A DNA stretch of 64,000 nt from Thermoplasmata archaeon (lineage in GTDB: Archaea > Thermoplasmatota > Thermoplasmata > Lutacidiplasmatales > UBA184). A program made the translations under genes and the position numbers. Position 1 is the first letter of the stretch, and each line of letters opens with the position of its first letter. A model generated the notes under the pieces. It was not told the origin of the DNA and made no database searches. It worked only from the letters and a program-made list of their open reading frames with translations. Shown here piece by piece: positions 54,776 to 64,000 of the stretch. Location of the stretch: NCBI GenBank assembly GCA_022750155.1, contig JAKIWG010000001.1:81138-145137 (forward strand), given 5' to 3'.

Positions 54776-56395
54776 ATGGCGGAGAGGGAACCCGCCCCCA
54801 TGGACCCGCGCCGGCCGGCCGGCGCCGGCCCCGAGCTACCCCCGCTGAGCCCCCCGACCCTGCCCGAGCGGCTGCGGGCGGAAGGGGACGTCGTCAAGAA
54901 ACCCGACGGCCCGCCGGCTCCGGCCGCTCCCGAACCGGAGCGCCCCGCGAAGGAAGCTGCCCCGAAGCCCCCGACGTCGAAGGAGTCGCCCGCCCCGTCG
55001 GATAGCTCCGGCGCCCAGGACGAGGTCCAGGCGGTCCCGATCCCCATCGCCCGCCTGATCCCGAAGCTTCGCAGGTCGCAGAAGCTGTTCGAGGAGGGAA
55101 AGAAGTACATTCCCAACGCCACGAGCTCGTTGATCCGCGTCGCCTCGTACGACCCGTGCCCGCCGTTCATCAAGAAGGGAAAAGGCGCGCGGATCTGGGA
55201 CGAGGACGACAACGAATTCCTCGATTTCAACCTGGGCTACGGATGCCTCATCAACGGCCACGCCCATCCGGAGATGGTCAAGGCGGTCCAGGCCCAGGCG
55301 GAGCTCGGGTTCCATTTCGCCTCGCCCACCGAGCTCGAGATCGACGTCGCGAAGGCGTTCCGCCGCCTCGTGCCTTCGGCCGAGCGCGTCGCGTTCTGTT
55401 CGAACGGGTCGGACGCCACGATGAACGCGATACGGATCGCCCGCGCGGTGACCGGCAAGGACGGCCTGTTGAAGTTCGAGGGCCACTACCACGGCCAGCA
55501 CGACTATGCGCTGATCAGCGCCGAGGCGCCGCCGATCGTCGCGGGCCTCGACGAGTACCCCCGACCGCTCCCGAACTCCGCGGGGATCCCCCCCGGGGTC
55601 ACCGACTATGTCATGGTCGCCGCCTACAACTCGATCACATCGGTCGAGCGGATGATCAAGCGATACCGGGACCGGCTCGCCGCGGTGATCCTAGAGCCGG
55701 TGATGGCGAACGCCGGCATCATCCCCCCGGCCCCGGATTACCTGCAGCGACTGCGCGAGATCACCCGGGAGAACGACCTTCTGCTGATCTTCGACGAAGT
55801 GTTCACCGGATTCCGGATCGCCCCGGGAGGCGCCCAGCAGGTGTACAAGGTCGAACCGGACCTCTCGTGCTGGGCGAAGGCGCTCGGCGGCGGCGTCACG
55901 ATCTCGGCCGTGTCGGGGAAGGCGGAGTTCATGGACCTGATCGCCCCGGGTCGGATCTCCTTCGGCGGCACCTACTTCGCGAACAACCTCTCGCTCGCCG
56001 GTTCCCACGCGAACCTGAAGCTCCTGAACCGCGGCGGGGAGGAGCTCTACGAGCGGTTCGGCCGGATGACGGCCAAGATGGAGAAGGGGATCGAGGAGGC
56101 GGCCCGGGACGCGAAGATCTCCGTGCTCGTGCAGTCCGTCAACGGAATGCTGCAGTACTTCTTCACCCGCCGCAAGAAGATCACCAATTACCGCGAATCC
56201 CTCCAGATCGACTGGAACCTGTACCTACGCAACCACCAGCTGCTGCTCGACAAGGGGGTCTACACGCACCCGGACAACTACGAGCGTCTGACCTTCTCCT
56301 CCGCCCACTCCGAGAAGGACGTGGAGGTCTTCCTCTCGGCGATCAACGAGACGTTCACCGAGCTCAAGACCCTCCCCCGCGACTACCAGCCCTAA
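54776..56395 (+). CDS. Class III PLP aminotransferase (GSA-aminomutase-like paralog) with Pro-rich N-terminal extension
   Basis: KGKGA.IWD.D.N..LD, NGSDATM.A.R.AR, FEG.YHG, EPV..N.G, FDEV.TGFR, WAKALGGG, GT. Confidence 0.9.
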   Translation: MAEREPAPMDPRRPAGAGPELPPLSPPTLPERLRAEGDVVKKPDGPPAPAAPEPERPAKEAAPKPPTSKESPAPSDSSGAQDEVQAVPIPIARLIPKLRRSQKLFEEGKKYIPNATSSLIRVASYDPCPPFIKKGKGARIWDEDDNEFLDFNLGYGCLINGHAHPEMVKAVQAQAELGFHFASPTELEIDVAKAFRRLVPSAERVAFCSNGSDATMNAIRIARAVTGKDGLLKFEGHYHGQHDYALISAEAPPIVAGLDEYPRPLPNSAGIPPGVTDYVMVAAYNSITSVERMIKRYRDRLAAVILEPVMANAGIIPPAPDYLQRLREITRENDLLLIFDEVFTGFRIAPGGAQQVYKVEPDLSCWAKALGGGVTISAVSGKAEFMDLIAPGRISFGGTYFANNLSLAGSHANLKLLNRGGEELYERFGRMTAKMEKGIEEAARDAKISVLVQSVNGMLQYFFTRRKKITNYRESLQIDWNLYLRNHQLLLDKGVYTHPDNYERLTFSSAHSEKDVEVFLSAINETFTELKTLPRDYQP

Positions 56396-56427
56396 CGGCG
56401 ACCGGCGCCCGCGGTCGCGCCACCGGA

Positions 56428-56454
56428 CCGGGCCGGCCCACGGGGCCGGCTCGG
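56428..56454 (+). terminator. 12-bp stem-loop after the aminotransferase gene
   Basis: CCGGGCCGGCCC-ACG-GGGCCGGCTCGG. Confidence 0.45.
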
Positions 56455-56579
56455 CGAATGTACGGGAGAACCTCAGGCTCGCGGCCGCGTCTCCTAGTGG
56501 GTTTAAAACAAGGAGACCGTACGGCGTCCGATGGGTCGGACGGCGGGACCACCCTACCTCCGGAGGTGACGACGGGGGG

Positions 56580-57605
56580 ATGGGCCGCAGCCTGACGGAT
56601 TTCACGGTCTTCGTCCTCAAACGCCTCCTCCAGCTCATCCCGGTGCTCCTCGGGATCACCATCCTGACGTTCGTCTTCACCCATCTTTCGGCGAAGAACG
56701 TCTGCAACGCCTGGTTCCCGCACGCCGACCCGACGACGATCGCCAACTGCAACGCCCGGGTCAGCCAACCCATCGTGAACCAGTACTGGACCTACCTGAC
56801 GGACCTCCTCCACGGCAACTGGGGGGCCTCGGTCCAGGGCGTCGCCGTCTACCCGCAGATCGCCGCGGGGGTGCCGGCGACCCTCGAGCTCGTGCTCTCC
56901 GCCCTGTTCCTGATGATCGTCATCGGGATCCCCCTCGGAGTCATCGCGGCGCAGTCGGCCGGGCGGTGGGGGGACCACTTGGTCCGCATCTTCTACCTGA
57001 GCGGCTGGGCGACCCCGACCTACCTGGGAGCGGTCCTCGCCGCGGTGTTCGTCGCCCCGTACTTCGGGCTCCCCTCGCACGGGGAGTACGCGACGAACCC
57101 TCCCCCGTTCCCCCAGTACACCCACATGTCCGTGCTCGATGCCCTCCTCGCGGGGAACCTGGCTTGGACCGGGGACGCGATCTCCCACCTGATCCTCCCG
57201 GCGGCGACCCTGGCGTTCATCAACATGGGCATCGCGACGCGCATGACCCGCAGCTCGATGCTCGAGGTGATCCCGCTCGACTACGTCAAGTCGGCCCGGA
57301 TGAAGGGGCTCTCCGAGTTCTGGGTGATGTACAAGCACGCGCTCCGCAACTCGCTCATCACGACCACGACCGTCCTCGGCCTCACCGCGGGCGGCCTGCT
57401 CGCCGGCACCGTCGTCATCGAGGAGGTGTTCGGCTGGCCGGGAGTGGGCGCCTTCGCGTTCACCGCCATCGGCGGGGGCGGGAGCCCGCCGAACTTCGAC
57501 GGGGCCATCGCGGTGGTCGCGGTGTTCGCCGTCGGCGTCGTGGTCGCGAACCTGATCGCCGACATCCTCTACGGACTGCTCGACCCTCGCGTGGACTGGA
57601 GGTAA
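56580..57605 (+). CDS. Peptide/nickel ABC transporter permease (DppB-like)
   Basis: KRLLQ.IP, PATLEL, R.TRSSMLEV...DYV..AR.KG, HALRN, LDPR; TTTAAAA box at about 56502. Confidence 0.93.
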   Translation: MGRSLTDFTVFVLKRLLQLIPVLLGITILTFVFTHLSAKNVCNAWFPHADPTTIANCNARVSQPIVNQYWTYLTDLLHGNWGASVQGVAVYPQIAAGVPATLELVLSALFLMIVIGIPLGVIAAQSAGRWGDHLVRIFYLSGWATPTYLGAVLAAVFVAPYFGLPSHGEYATNPPPFPQYTHMSVLDALLAGNLAWTGDAISHLILPAATLAFINMGIATRMTRSSMLEVIPLDYVKSARMKGLSEFWVMYKHALRNSLITTTTVLGLTAGGLLAGTVVIEEVFGWPGVGAFAFTAIGGGGSPPNFDGAIAVVAVFAVGVVVANLIADILYGLLDPRVDWR

Positions 57606-57608
57606 AGC

Positions 57609-58688
57609 GTGACGACCCGCTCCGCGCCCGGGGGACCGTCGTCGGCCGGGGGGGCGAGCCCCGCGCGGCGGGCATGGGGCGGATTCGTGGTCTTCCTGCG
57701 GGTCCTTCGGGCCAACCCCCTCACGCTGGTCGGCTTCCTCCTCGTCGTGCTATTGGCGGGGGCGGCCCTCGTCATGCTCACCGTCCCGCACCTGCTGACT
57801 CCCTACTCGGTCAATCAGCTCACCCTCGACTACAACCAGGCCCCCTCCTGGCACCACCCGTTCGGCACCGACGGCACGGGCCTCGACATCTACGCGATGG
57901 TCCTCTACGCGATCCCCATCGACCTGGCCATCGCCTTTGCGATCGCCGGCGCGGCGCTGTTCTGGGGCGGCGCGCTCGGCCTGGTCGCCGGATTCTGGGA
58001 CAAACCCGGGACGCTCGGCGGGGCGCTCTCCGTCGTCATCCTACGGGTCACGGACATCTTCCTCTCCTTCCCGAGCCTCATCCTCGCGCTCGCCATCGCC
58101 GTGTCGCTGGGCCGTGGGGTCCCCCAGCTCATCCTGGCGGTCCTGCTGACCTGGTGGCCGTTCTACGTCCGGCTGGTCCGCGGGGAAACGCTCGCCGTCA
58201 AGCACCTGCCGTACGTGATGGCCGCGCGCGCGGCGGGGGTGACCGAAGGGCGCATCGTGCTCCGCCACGTCCTACGGAACGTCGTGGAGCCGGTCGTCGT
58301 CTACTTCACGCTCGACATCGGGACCGTCCTCGTCACCCTCTCCACGATCGGATTCATCGGGCTCGGGGTGAACTACCCGTTCACTCCGGAGTGGGGGAGC
58401 ATGATCTCCTACTACCAGTCCGCCGGCCTCATCTCGGCGTACCCCTGGACCGTGCTCGGACCGGGTCTCGCGATCTTCCTCACCGTGCTCGCGTTCAGCC
58501 TGCTGGGCGACGGGCTCCGCGACGTGCTCGACCCGCGTAGCCGCCGAGTGCTGGCCGGCACCGGAACCGGCGGGGCGAGCTCGACGTCGCCGTCCGAGCG
58601 CGAAGGGGCGACCGCGGAGCCGAGCCTGAACCGCTCCGGACTTCCCGAGCCGATCCCCACCGCCTCCCGGGGGGTCTCCTCCCCATGA
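57609..58688 (+). CDS. Peptide/nickel ABC transporter permease (DppC-like)
   Basis: HPFGTD, D.FL.FP, RLVRG, YV.AARA.G, PEWG.M, GDGLRD.LDPR. Confidence 0.93.
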   Translation: MTTRSAPGGPSSAGGASPARRAWGGFVVFLRVLRANPLTLVGFLLVVLLAGAALVMLTVPHLLTPYSVNQLTLDYNQAPSWHHPFGTDGTGLDIYAMVLYAIPIDLAIAFAIAGAALFWGGALGLVAGFWDKPGTLGGALSVVILRVTDIFLSFPSLILALAIAVSLGRGVPQLILAVLLTWWPFYVRLVRGETLAVKHLPYVMAARAAGVTEGRIVLRHVLRNVVEPVVVYFTLDIGTVLVTLSTIGFIGLGVNYPFTPEWGSMISYYQSAGLISAYPWTVLGPGLAIFLTVLAFSLLGDGLRDVLDPRSRRVLAGTGTGGASSTSPSEREGATAEPSLNRSGLPEPIPTASRGVSSP

Positions 58689-59827
58689 GCGAGCCCGTCG
58701 TCCAGATCCAGAACCTCAGCATCGACTACGTCATCGGCGCCGGGAGGTTCCGCGCCGTGTCGGGCGTATCGTTCGACGTCCCCCAGGGCCACGTGGTGGG
58801 GATCGTCGGGGAGACCGGGTGCGGCAAGAGCACGCTCGCCCAGGCGATCCCCCGCCTCCTCCCCGAGCCTCCCGCGACGATCGGGGAGGGGAGCGTGATC
58901 TTCCGGGGGACGGACCTGGTCCAGGTGCCCCTGTGGAAGATGCCGAGGATCCGAGGCACGGGGATCAACATGATCTTCCAGGAGCCGCTCAACTCGCTCA
59001 ATCCGGCGTTCCGGATCTACGACCAGGTCGCCGAGGCGATCCACATCCGCCGAGTCCGGGAGCGGGGGAACCTGGTGGTCGACCGGCGCGAGAAGCCTCC
59101 GTTCGACTACAGCCGTCGACCCACCGCCACCTCGGGCGAGGCCCTCACGCGATCGGTCCTCCCGCCCGTCGCCGCGGAGAAGGCCGCCCGCCATCGGACC
59201 GACTCCGACGGCACGATCCGCGGCGAGGTGCTCGACTACCTCCGCCTCGTGCGGATCAACGACCCGGAGACGATCCTCAACCTCTACCCCCACGAACTCT
59301 CGGGGGGGATGCGGCAGCGCGTGATGATCGCGATGGCGCTGTCGGAGAAGCCGGAGCTGCTCATCGCCGACGAGCCGACGAGCGCGCTCGACGTGACCAT
59401 CCAGGCGCAGGTGCTGACCCTGATGAAGGAGTTGATCGAGGAGGTCCACACCTCGATCCTGTTCATTAGCCACGACCTCGGCGTCATCGCCGAGACCGCC
59501 GACGAGCTCGGGGTGATGTACGCCGGCAAGCTGGTGGAGTTCGGCCCCGTCGCCGAACTGTTCGAGCACCCTCGGCACCCCTACACCAAGGCGCTGCTCG
59601 GGGCCGCGCCCACCCGATACAAGTCCGAGGGGCCTCTCGCGACGATCGCCGGGAACGTGCCCAACCTCTCGCATCCGCCGTCCGGCTGCCGATTCCACCC
59701 GCGGTGCCCGATCGCCCGACCGAGGTGCACGGTCATGCCCGGGCCGCCTCTCGAGCTGGTCGCCGGTGCCTCCGAGGGGCACCGGAGCGCCTGCTACTTT
59801 CCGGAGGAGGTGGCGTCGATCCCGTGA
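58685..59827 (+). CDS. Peptide ABC transporter ATPase (DppD-like)
   Basis: GETGCGKST, YPHELSGGMRQR, ADEPT.ALD, HPYT, GCRFHPRC. Confidence 0.95.
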   Translation: MSEPVVQIQNLSIDYVIGAGRFRAVSGVSFDVPQGHVVGIVGETGCGKSTLAQAIPRLLPEPPATIGEGSVIFRGTDLVQVPLWKMPRIRGTGINMIFQEPLNSLNPAFRIYDQVAEAIHIRRVRERGNLVVDRREKPPFDYSRRPTATSGEALTRSVLPPVAAEKAARHRTDSDGTIRGEVLDYLRLVRINDPETILNLYPHELSGGMRQRVMIAMALSEKPELLIADEPTSALDVTIQAQVLTLMKELIEEVHTSILFISHDLGVIAETADELGVMYAGKLVEFGPVAELFEHPRHPYTKALLGAAPTRYKSEGPLATIAGNVPNLSHPPSGCRFHPRCPIARPRCTVMPGPPLELVAGASEGHRSACYFPEEVASIP

Positions 59828-60888
59828 CCGGCAAGGCGCTCGTGGAGGCCGAGGGCCTCCAGAAATTCTTCCCCCTCACCCGCAGCGTCACCGACCTCGT
59901 TCGCCACCTCCCCCGACGCGCGATCCATGCGGTCGACGGGGTCTCGTTGACCGTCCGCGCGCGCGAGACGGTCGGCCTCATCGGAGAGTCCGGCTCGGGC
60001 AAGACGACGCTCGGCTGGCTCATCTCCCGCCTCCACGAGCCGACGGGGGGCTCGCTGCGGTTCGATGGCGAGGACGTGCTCGCCCTGCGGGGGAACGAGC
60101 TGCGCCGATGGCGTCGGAACGTCCAGGTGGTCTTCCAGGACCCGGTCGGCTCCCTCGACCCCCGCTTGAAGGTCTGGCAGATCGTCGGAGAACCGCTGCG
60201 AGCCCAGGGGGAGCTCGGCAAGGGGGAGATCCGCGCCCACGTCAAGGACCTGTTGCCGACGGTCGGACTCCCCCCCGACTGCCTCGACCAGTTCCCCCAC
60301 GAGTTCTCCGGCGGGGGACGGCAGCGGCTCTCGCTCGCCCGGGCGCTCAGCGTCGACCCGCGGCTCGTGGTGCTGGACGAGCCGACGAGCGCGCTCGACG
60401 TCGCCGTCCAAGCCCAGATCCTCAACCGTCTGGTCGAGCTCCAGAAGGAGCGCGAGGTCGCCTACCTGCTCATCACCCACAACGTCGCGGCGGTCCGGTA
60501 CGTCGCCGACCGCGTCGCCGTGATGTACCTCGGCCAGGCGGTCGAGGTCGGGGGGGTGCGCGAGGTGCTCGAGCACCCAATCCACCCGTACACCAAGGCG
60601 CTCCTCGCCGCGGTCCCCGTGGCCGATGCGCGACGGCGCCGGACCCGGTTCAAGATCGGGGGGGACGTACCGTCGCTCGTGAACCCGGCGCCCGGGTGCC
60701 GATTCGCTCCGCGGTGCCCGTTCGTGATCGACCGGTGCCGGGTCGAGGACCCGCTGCTCCGCGAGATCCCGGGGGCCCCCGGACAGCTCGTCGCGTGCCA
60801 TCGCGCCGAGGAGGTCCGCGAGATCGCTCCGGTCTCCCTGCTGACGACGGTGGACGACCGCTCTACGGGCGCCGCGGCTTCCGCCTGA
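59824..60888 (+). CDS. Peptide ABC transporter ATPase (DppF-like)
   Basis: GESGSGKTT, FPHEFSGG.RQR, LDEPTSALD, GCRF.PRC, VACH; GTG 59824 overlaps the DppD TGA. Confidence 0.95.
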   Translation: MTGKALVEAEGLQKFFPLTRSVTDLVRHLPRRAIHAVDGVSLTVRARETVGLIGESGSGKTTLGWLISRLHEPTGGSLRFDGEDVLALRGNELRRWRRNVQVVFQDPVGSLDPRLKVWQIVGEPLRAQGELGKGEIRAHVKDLLPTVGLPPDCLDQFPHEFSGGGRQRLSLARALSVDPRLVVLDEPTSALDVAVQAQILNRLVELQKEREVAYLLITHNVAAVRYVADRVAVMYLGQAVEVGGVREVLEHPIHPYTKALLAAVPVADARRRRTRFKIGGDVPSLVNPAPGCRFAPRCPFVIDRCRVEDPLLREIPGAPGQLVACHRAEEVREIAPVSLLTTVDDRSTGAAASA

Positions 60889-60894
60889 GGCGGC

Positions 60895-62766
60895 CTACTT
60901 CGCGTACTGCGTGTTGAACAGGAAGGCGTACGGTTCGGCGCTCGCCATCGGGTTCTGGATGATCCCGTGGAGGAGGGAGGAGTGGACCCCGAACGCCGTC
61001 GGGACGACGAGCCAGATGTCGGTGTAGTTGTTGTACATCAGGCTCGTCATGTTCGAGTAGTAGTTCGTGAGGTCGGTCGAATTCGAGTCGCTCGCCGCGG
61101 CGTAGACCAGGTTGTTCACCGTCGCGTTGTTGTACTGGGACATGCAGTGGTTCGCGCTGCCGCTGTACTCGGCATTGTTCTGCGTCCAGTCGTCCGGTGA
61201 GATGTAGTCGGAGGTGTAGAACTCCTGGCCCATGTAGAACGGACCGCCGTTCGCGGCGGTCTCCGTCGTGCACGTGCCGCTGGAGAGCGCCTGCTCCTCG
61301 TACAGCTCCGAGAGCGAGATCGGGACGGGGCTGATGGTGATCCCGATCGCCTTGAGGTCGGCGGCAAGGAACTGGGCCGTCTCGGCCCAATCGATGCCGG
61401 TGTCGAGGTAGGCGTACTTGATCGTCAGGCCCGCACACGCGCCGTTCGCGCACGGGGAGGCCTGGATCTCCTGCTGGGCGAGCGCCGGGTCGTACGAGTA
61501 CGGGGCGAGGTTGCCCGGATTGTAGTACGGATACTGCGGCGGGACGGGGCCGACCCACTGGGTCGCGAAGCCGCCGAACGCCTGCTGGATGATCTGGTGG
61601 TAGTCGATGGAGTGGGCGATCGCCGCCCGTACGGAGAGATTGTTGAACGGGTAGACGTTCTGGTCCAGATAGATCCACCACGACCCGCTCGTGGAGCCGT
61701 AGACGGTCGGGAGCGCCTGGACGACGACGCAGGCCTTTCCCTGGAGCTCCTTCACCGTCGCCGGGCCGATGTAGGCGAACGACGCGCTTCCGACGTAGCC
61801 CACCGCGAGGTCGTTGGTCGTGATGTCGACGGAGCTCTGGAAGACGACATCAACCGTCGTGTTCGCCGGCTGGATCATGTTGTTCCAAGGCTCGGCGGCC
61901 GCGGCGGAGCGTCCCCAGTACGAGGCGTCCGGTCGCAGGGAATAGCCTCCGCCGGGGAGCCCGTTGTAGTAGGAGAGCACGTAGGGACCGGTCCCGAGCA
62001 TGGCGGTGGCCAGGTAGCTGTTGGGCACCCCCTCGGTCAGGTTCCCGTTCGCGTCGACGACGTTCGGGTCGACGGCGTAGGAGTTCGGGGCGGAGATCGA
62101 GGCCAACAGGTAGGTGTACGGAGCGAGCCCCAAGTATCCGTAGCCGACGTTGAGCTCGATCGTCGACGCGTTGAGGACCTGGAACGACTGGTTCGGCGTC
62201 TCCATCAGGGCGATCTCGCTCGCGTTCGGGTCCGCGAAGTTCCACGAGTTGAGATCGTTCGCCAGGGTCGCGTTGGCCGCCGTCGTGTTGTTGAGGTCGG
62301 AGTAGTAGGTGAGCGGATTGGAGGCGTTGAAGTTCGTCGAGAAGAAATTCTGCTCGAGGATGAACTGCGGGCCGCTCGCCAGCAATAAGCTTCGGTAGAA
62401 GGTGTACCACTGGACGTAGGCGTTGTACGGGTCCCCGTTGGAGAAGTGGACGCCCGTGCGGAGCGTGAAGTTCCACTGGAGCCCGTTCGGCGACTCGGTC
62501 CAGTTCTGGGCGAGGACGCCGGAGAAGTTGGTCGAGCTCGACCCGTTGTAGTTAACCAGTCCCTGGTAGACCTGCTGGACCGCCGCCCAACCCGGGGTGG
62601 AGAACGTCTCGCCCGGGTCGAGCGAGTCCGGGATCTCGGACTGGTCGACAATGAGCGGATTGGTCTGACGAAGGCACTGGGAAGTGAGCACGCGCAGCGA
62701 GACCCCCGCGAGGAGGAGCACGGCCACGATGACCAGCAGGACGGCGTTCCGCCAACGGGGGTCCAT
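60895..62766 (-). CDS. ABC transporter substrate-binding protein, family 5
   Basis: N-terminal anchor, PDSLDP, VYQGLV, LAQ.W, F.LR.GV.FS.G, GTGPY, PF.N..VR.AI; start re-called to ATG 62766. Confidence 0.92.
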   Translation of the reverse strand: MDPRWRNAVLLVIVAVLLLAGVSLRVLTSQCLRQTNPLIVDQSEIPDSLDPGETFSTPGWAAVQQVYQGLVNYNGSSSTNFSGVLAQNWTESPNGLQWNFTLRTGVHFSNGDPYNAYVQWYTFYRSLLLASGPQFILEQNFFSTNFNASNPLTYYSDLNNTTAANATLANDLNSWNFADPNASEIALMETPNQSFQVLNASTIELNVGYGYLGLAPYTYLLASISAPNSYAVDPNVVDANGNLTEGVPNSYLATAMLGTGPYVLSYYNGLPGGGYSLRPDASYWGRSAAAAEPWNNMIQPANTTVDVVFQSSVDITTNDLAVGYVGSASFAYIGPATVKELQGKACVVVQALPTVYGSTSGSWWIYLDQNVYPFNNLSVRAAIAHSIDYHQIIQQAFGGFATQWVGPVPPQYPYYNPGNLAPYSYDPALAQQEIQASPCANGACAGLTIKYAYLDTGIDWAETAQFLAADLKAIGITISPVPISLSELYEEQALSSGTCTTETAANGGPFYMGQEFYTSDYISPDDWTQNNAEYSGSANHCMSQYNNATVNNLVYAAASDSNSTDLTNYYSNMTSLMYNNYTDIWLVVPTAFGVHSSLLHGIIQNPMASAEPYAFLFNTQYAK

Positions 62767-62893
62767 CAGGAGTCCATTGAGCCGGTCCCAAGGAAGGTCT
62801 CCCCCTTCATATGCCTCGTGACGGGAGCTAGTGGCCGGGCGGGGACCTCGGCAACATCTTCTAGCCCTTCGACCTCGGAGATTCGGGGAGCGG

Positions 62894-64000
62894 ATGGCGG
62901 ATTCGGCGATGCTGATCGGCGGTGAGTGGGTGCCGGCGACCCGCTCGGAGACGATGGCGGTCCACAGCCCGTTCGACGGACGGAGCATCGCGTCGGTCCC
63001 GAAGGGCGACCGGGAGGACGCCCGGCGGGCCATCGACGCCGCCCGGGAGGCGTTCGACCGGGGCCCGTGGCCGAAGCTCCCTCCGCGGGCCCGCGGCGAG
63101 GTGTTCCTGAAGGCGGCCCAGATCCTGCAGGAGCGGCTCCCGGCGCTCGCCCAACTCGAGAGCCTGAACCAGGGCAAGACGATCAAGCAGGCCGCCGACG
63201 CCGACCTTCCGTTCTCCGTGGACAACCTGATCTTCTACGCCGGGGCGGGCCGGACGCTCGAGGGCAAGAGCCCGGGCGAGTTCACCGGGGACGGGACGAC
63301 GATCTTCCGGCGCGAGCCGGTGGGGGTGGTCGCCTCGATCACCCCGTGGAACTACCCGATCATGATGGCGGTCTGGAAGATCGCCCCGGCGCTCATCACC
63401 GGGAACACGGTCGTCCTCAAGCCGGCGAGCTGGACCCCGTTGACGAGCCTCGAGCTCGCGCGGGTCTTCCAGGACGCCGGCCTTCCTCCCGGCGCCCTCA
63501 ACGTGGTCACCGGTCCGGGCGCGGAGGTCGGGGACGAGCTCTCGCGTCACCCGAAGGTCGACCTGGTCTCGCTGACGGGCGACACGGCGACGGGCCGCCG
63601 GATCATGGAGGCGGCGAGCGGCACCGTCAAGCGAGTCCAGCTCGAGCTGGGAGGCAAGGCCCCGTTCGTCGTCTTCGAGGACGCCGACCTCGCCGCGGCG
63701 GTCGAGGGGGCGATGGTGGGCGGTTTCGTCAACGGAGGCCAGGACTGCACCGCCGCCACGCGTCTCATCCTCCACACCAAGCTGCGCGCGCGGTTCCTCT
63801 CGCACCTGCTCGAACGAGTCCGCCACGTCCGCGTGGGGGACCCCTCGCTCCGAACGACCGACCTCGGTCCCCTCGTCCACCCCACCCACCAGCGGCATGT
63901 GCTCGAGTTCGTCGAGAAGGGCCGCGCCGAGGGGGCCAAGCTCGTCGCCGGGGGGACGGACGCCCACGAGCAGCATCCGAACGGAGCCTTCGTCGTGCCG
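62894..64000 (+). CDS. Aldehyde dehydrogenase (aminobutyraldehyde/betaine aldehyde dehydrogenase-like), truncated by the window end; missing from the ORF track
   Basis: Translated by hand: MADSAMLIGGEWV, ITPWNYP, GNTVVLKP, TGDT.TG, LELGGKAP, NGGQDCTAATR (catalytic Cys). Confidence 0.93.
   Translation, partial: MADSAMLIGGEWVPATRSETMAVHSPFDGRSIASVPKGDREDARRAIDAAREAFDRGPWPKLPPRARGEVFLKAAQILQERLPALAQLESLNQGKTIKQAADADLPFSVDNLIFYAGAGRTLEGKSPGEFTGDGTTIFRREPVGVVASITPWNYPIMMAVWKIAPALITGNTVVLKPASWTPLTSLELARVFQDAGLPPGALNVVTGPGAEVGDELSRHPKVDLVSLTGDTATGRRIMEAASGTVKRVQLELGGKAPFVVFEDADLAAAVEGAMVGGFVNGGQDCTAATRLILHTKLRARFLSHLLERVRHVRVGDPSLRTTDLGPLVHPTHQRHVLEFVEKGRAEGAKLVAGGTDAHEQHPNGAFVVP

Noticed and set aside
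54776..56395. Calling the class III aminotransferase hemL
   Set aside because: It lacks the PGGVNSPVR signature and a tetrapyrrole gene context.

Overview
High-GC (~70%) archaeal chromosomal window, most consistent with a Thermoplasmata-class organism (inference from a stand-alone 5S rRNA gene, Rpo6, L40e, Pcc1, archease, geranylgeranyl reductase, tricorn-interacting-factor-like peptidases, TATA-box promoters and frequent leaderless starts). It holds about 63 densely packed CDS, a 5S rRNA and tRNA-Gly(GCC). No CRISPR array, transposase, integrase or prophage is visible. Gene content: aromatic-CoA catabolism, isoprenoid/lipid synthesis, a pentose/nucleoside operon, a MoxR-DUF58-DUF4129 cluster, large surface proteins, ETF/thioredoxin redox genes, and an amine/amino-acid uptake-catabolism cluster at the right end. 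The strongest leads are: (1) a tandem C2H2 zinc-finger microprotein followed immediately by a compact structured RNA element; (2) a ~190-nt nested-helix RNA candidate inside the MoxR cluster; (3) an intact transketolase C-terminal subunit lacking its ThDP/catalytic motifs; (4) a CPBP protease next to surface proteins, with a TPF...GAxxCxAA-TM-RR C-terminal signal shared by two surface proteins; (5) a short BoxB-like diiron epoxidase; (6) a bactofilin. Family calls come from motif recognition by eye, with no database search. Many start codons were re-called relative to the ORF track.
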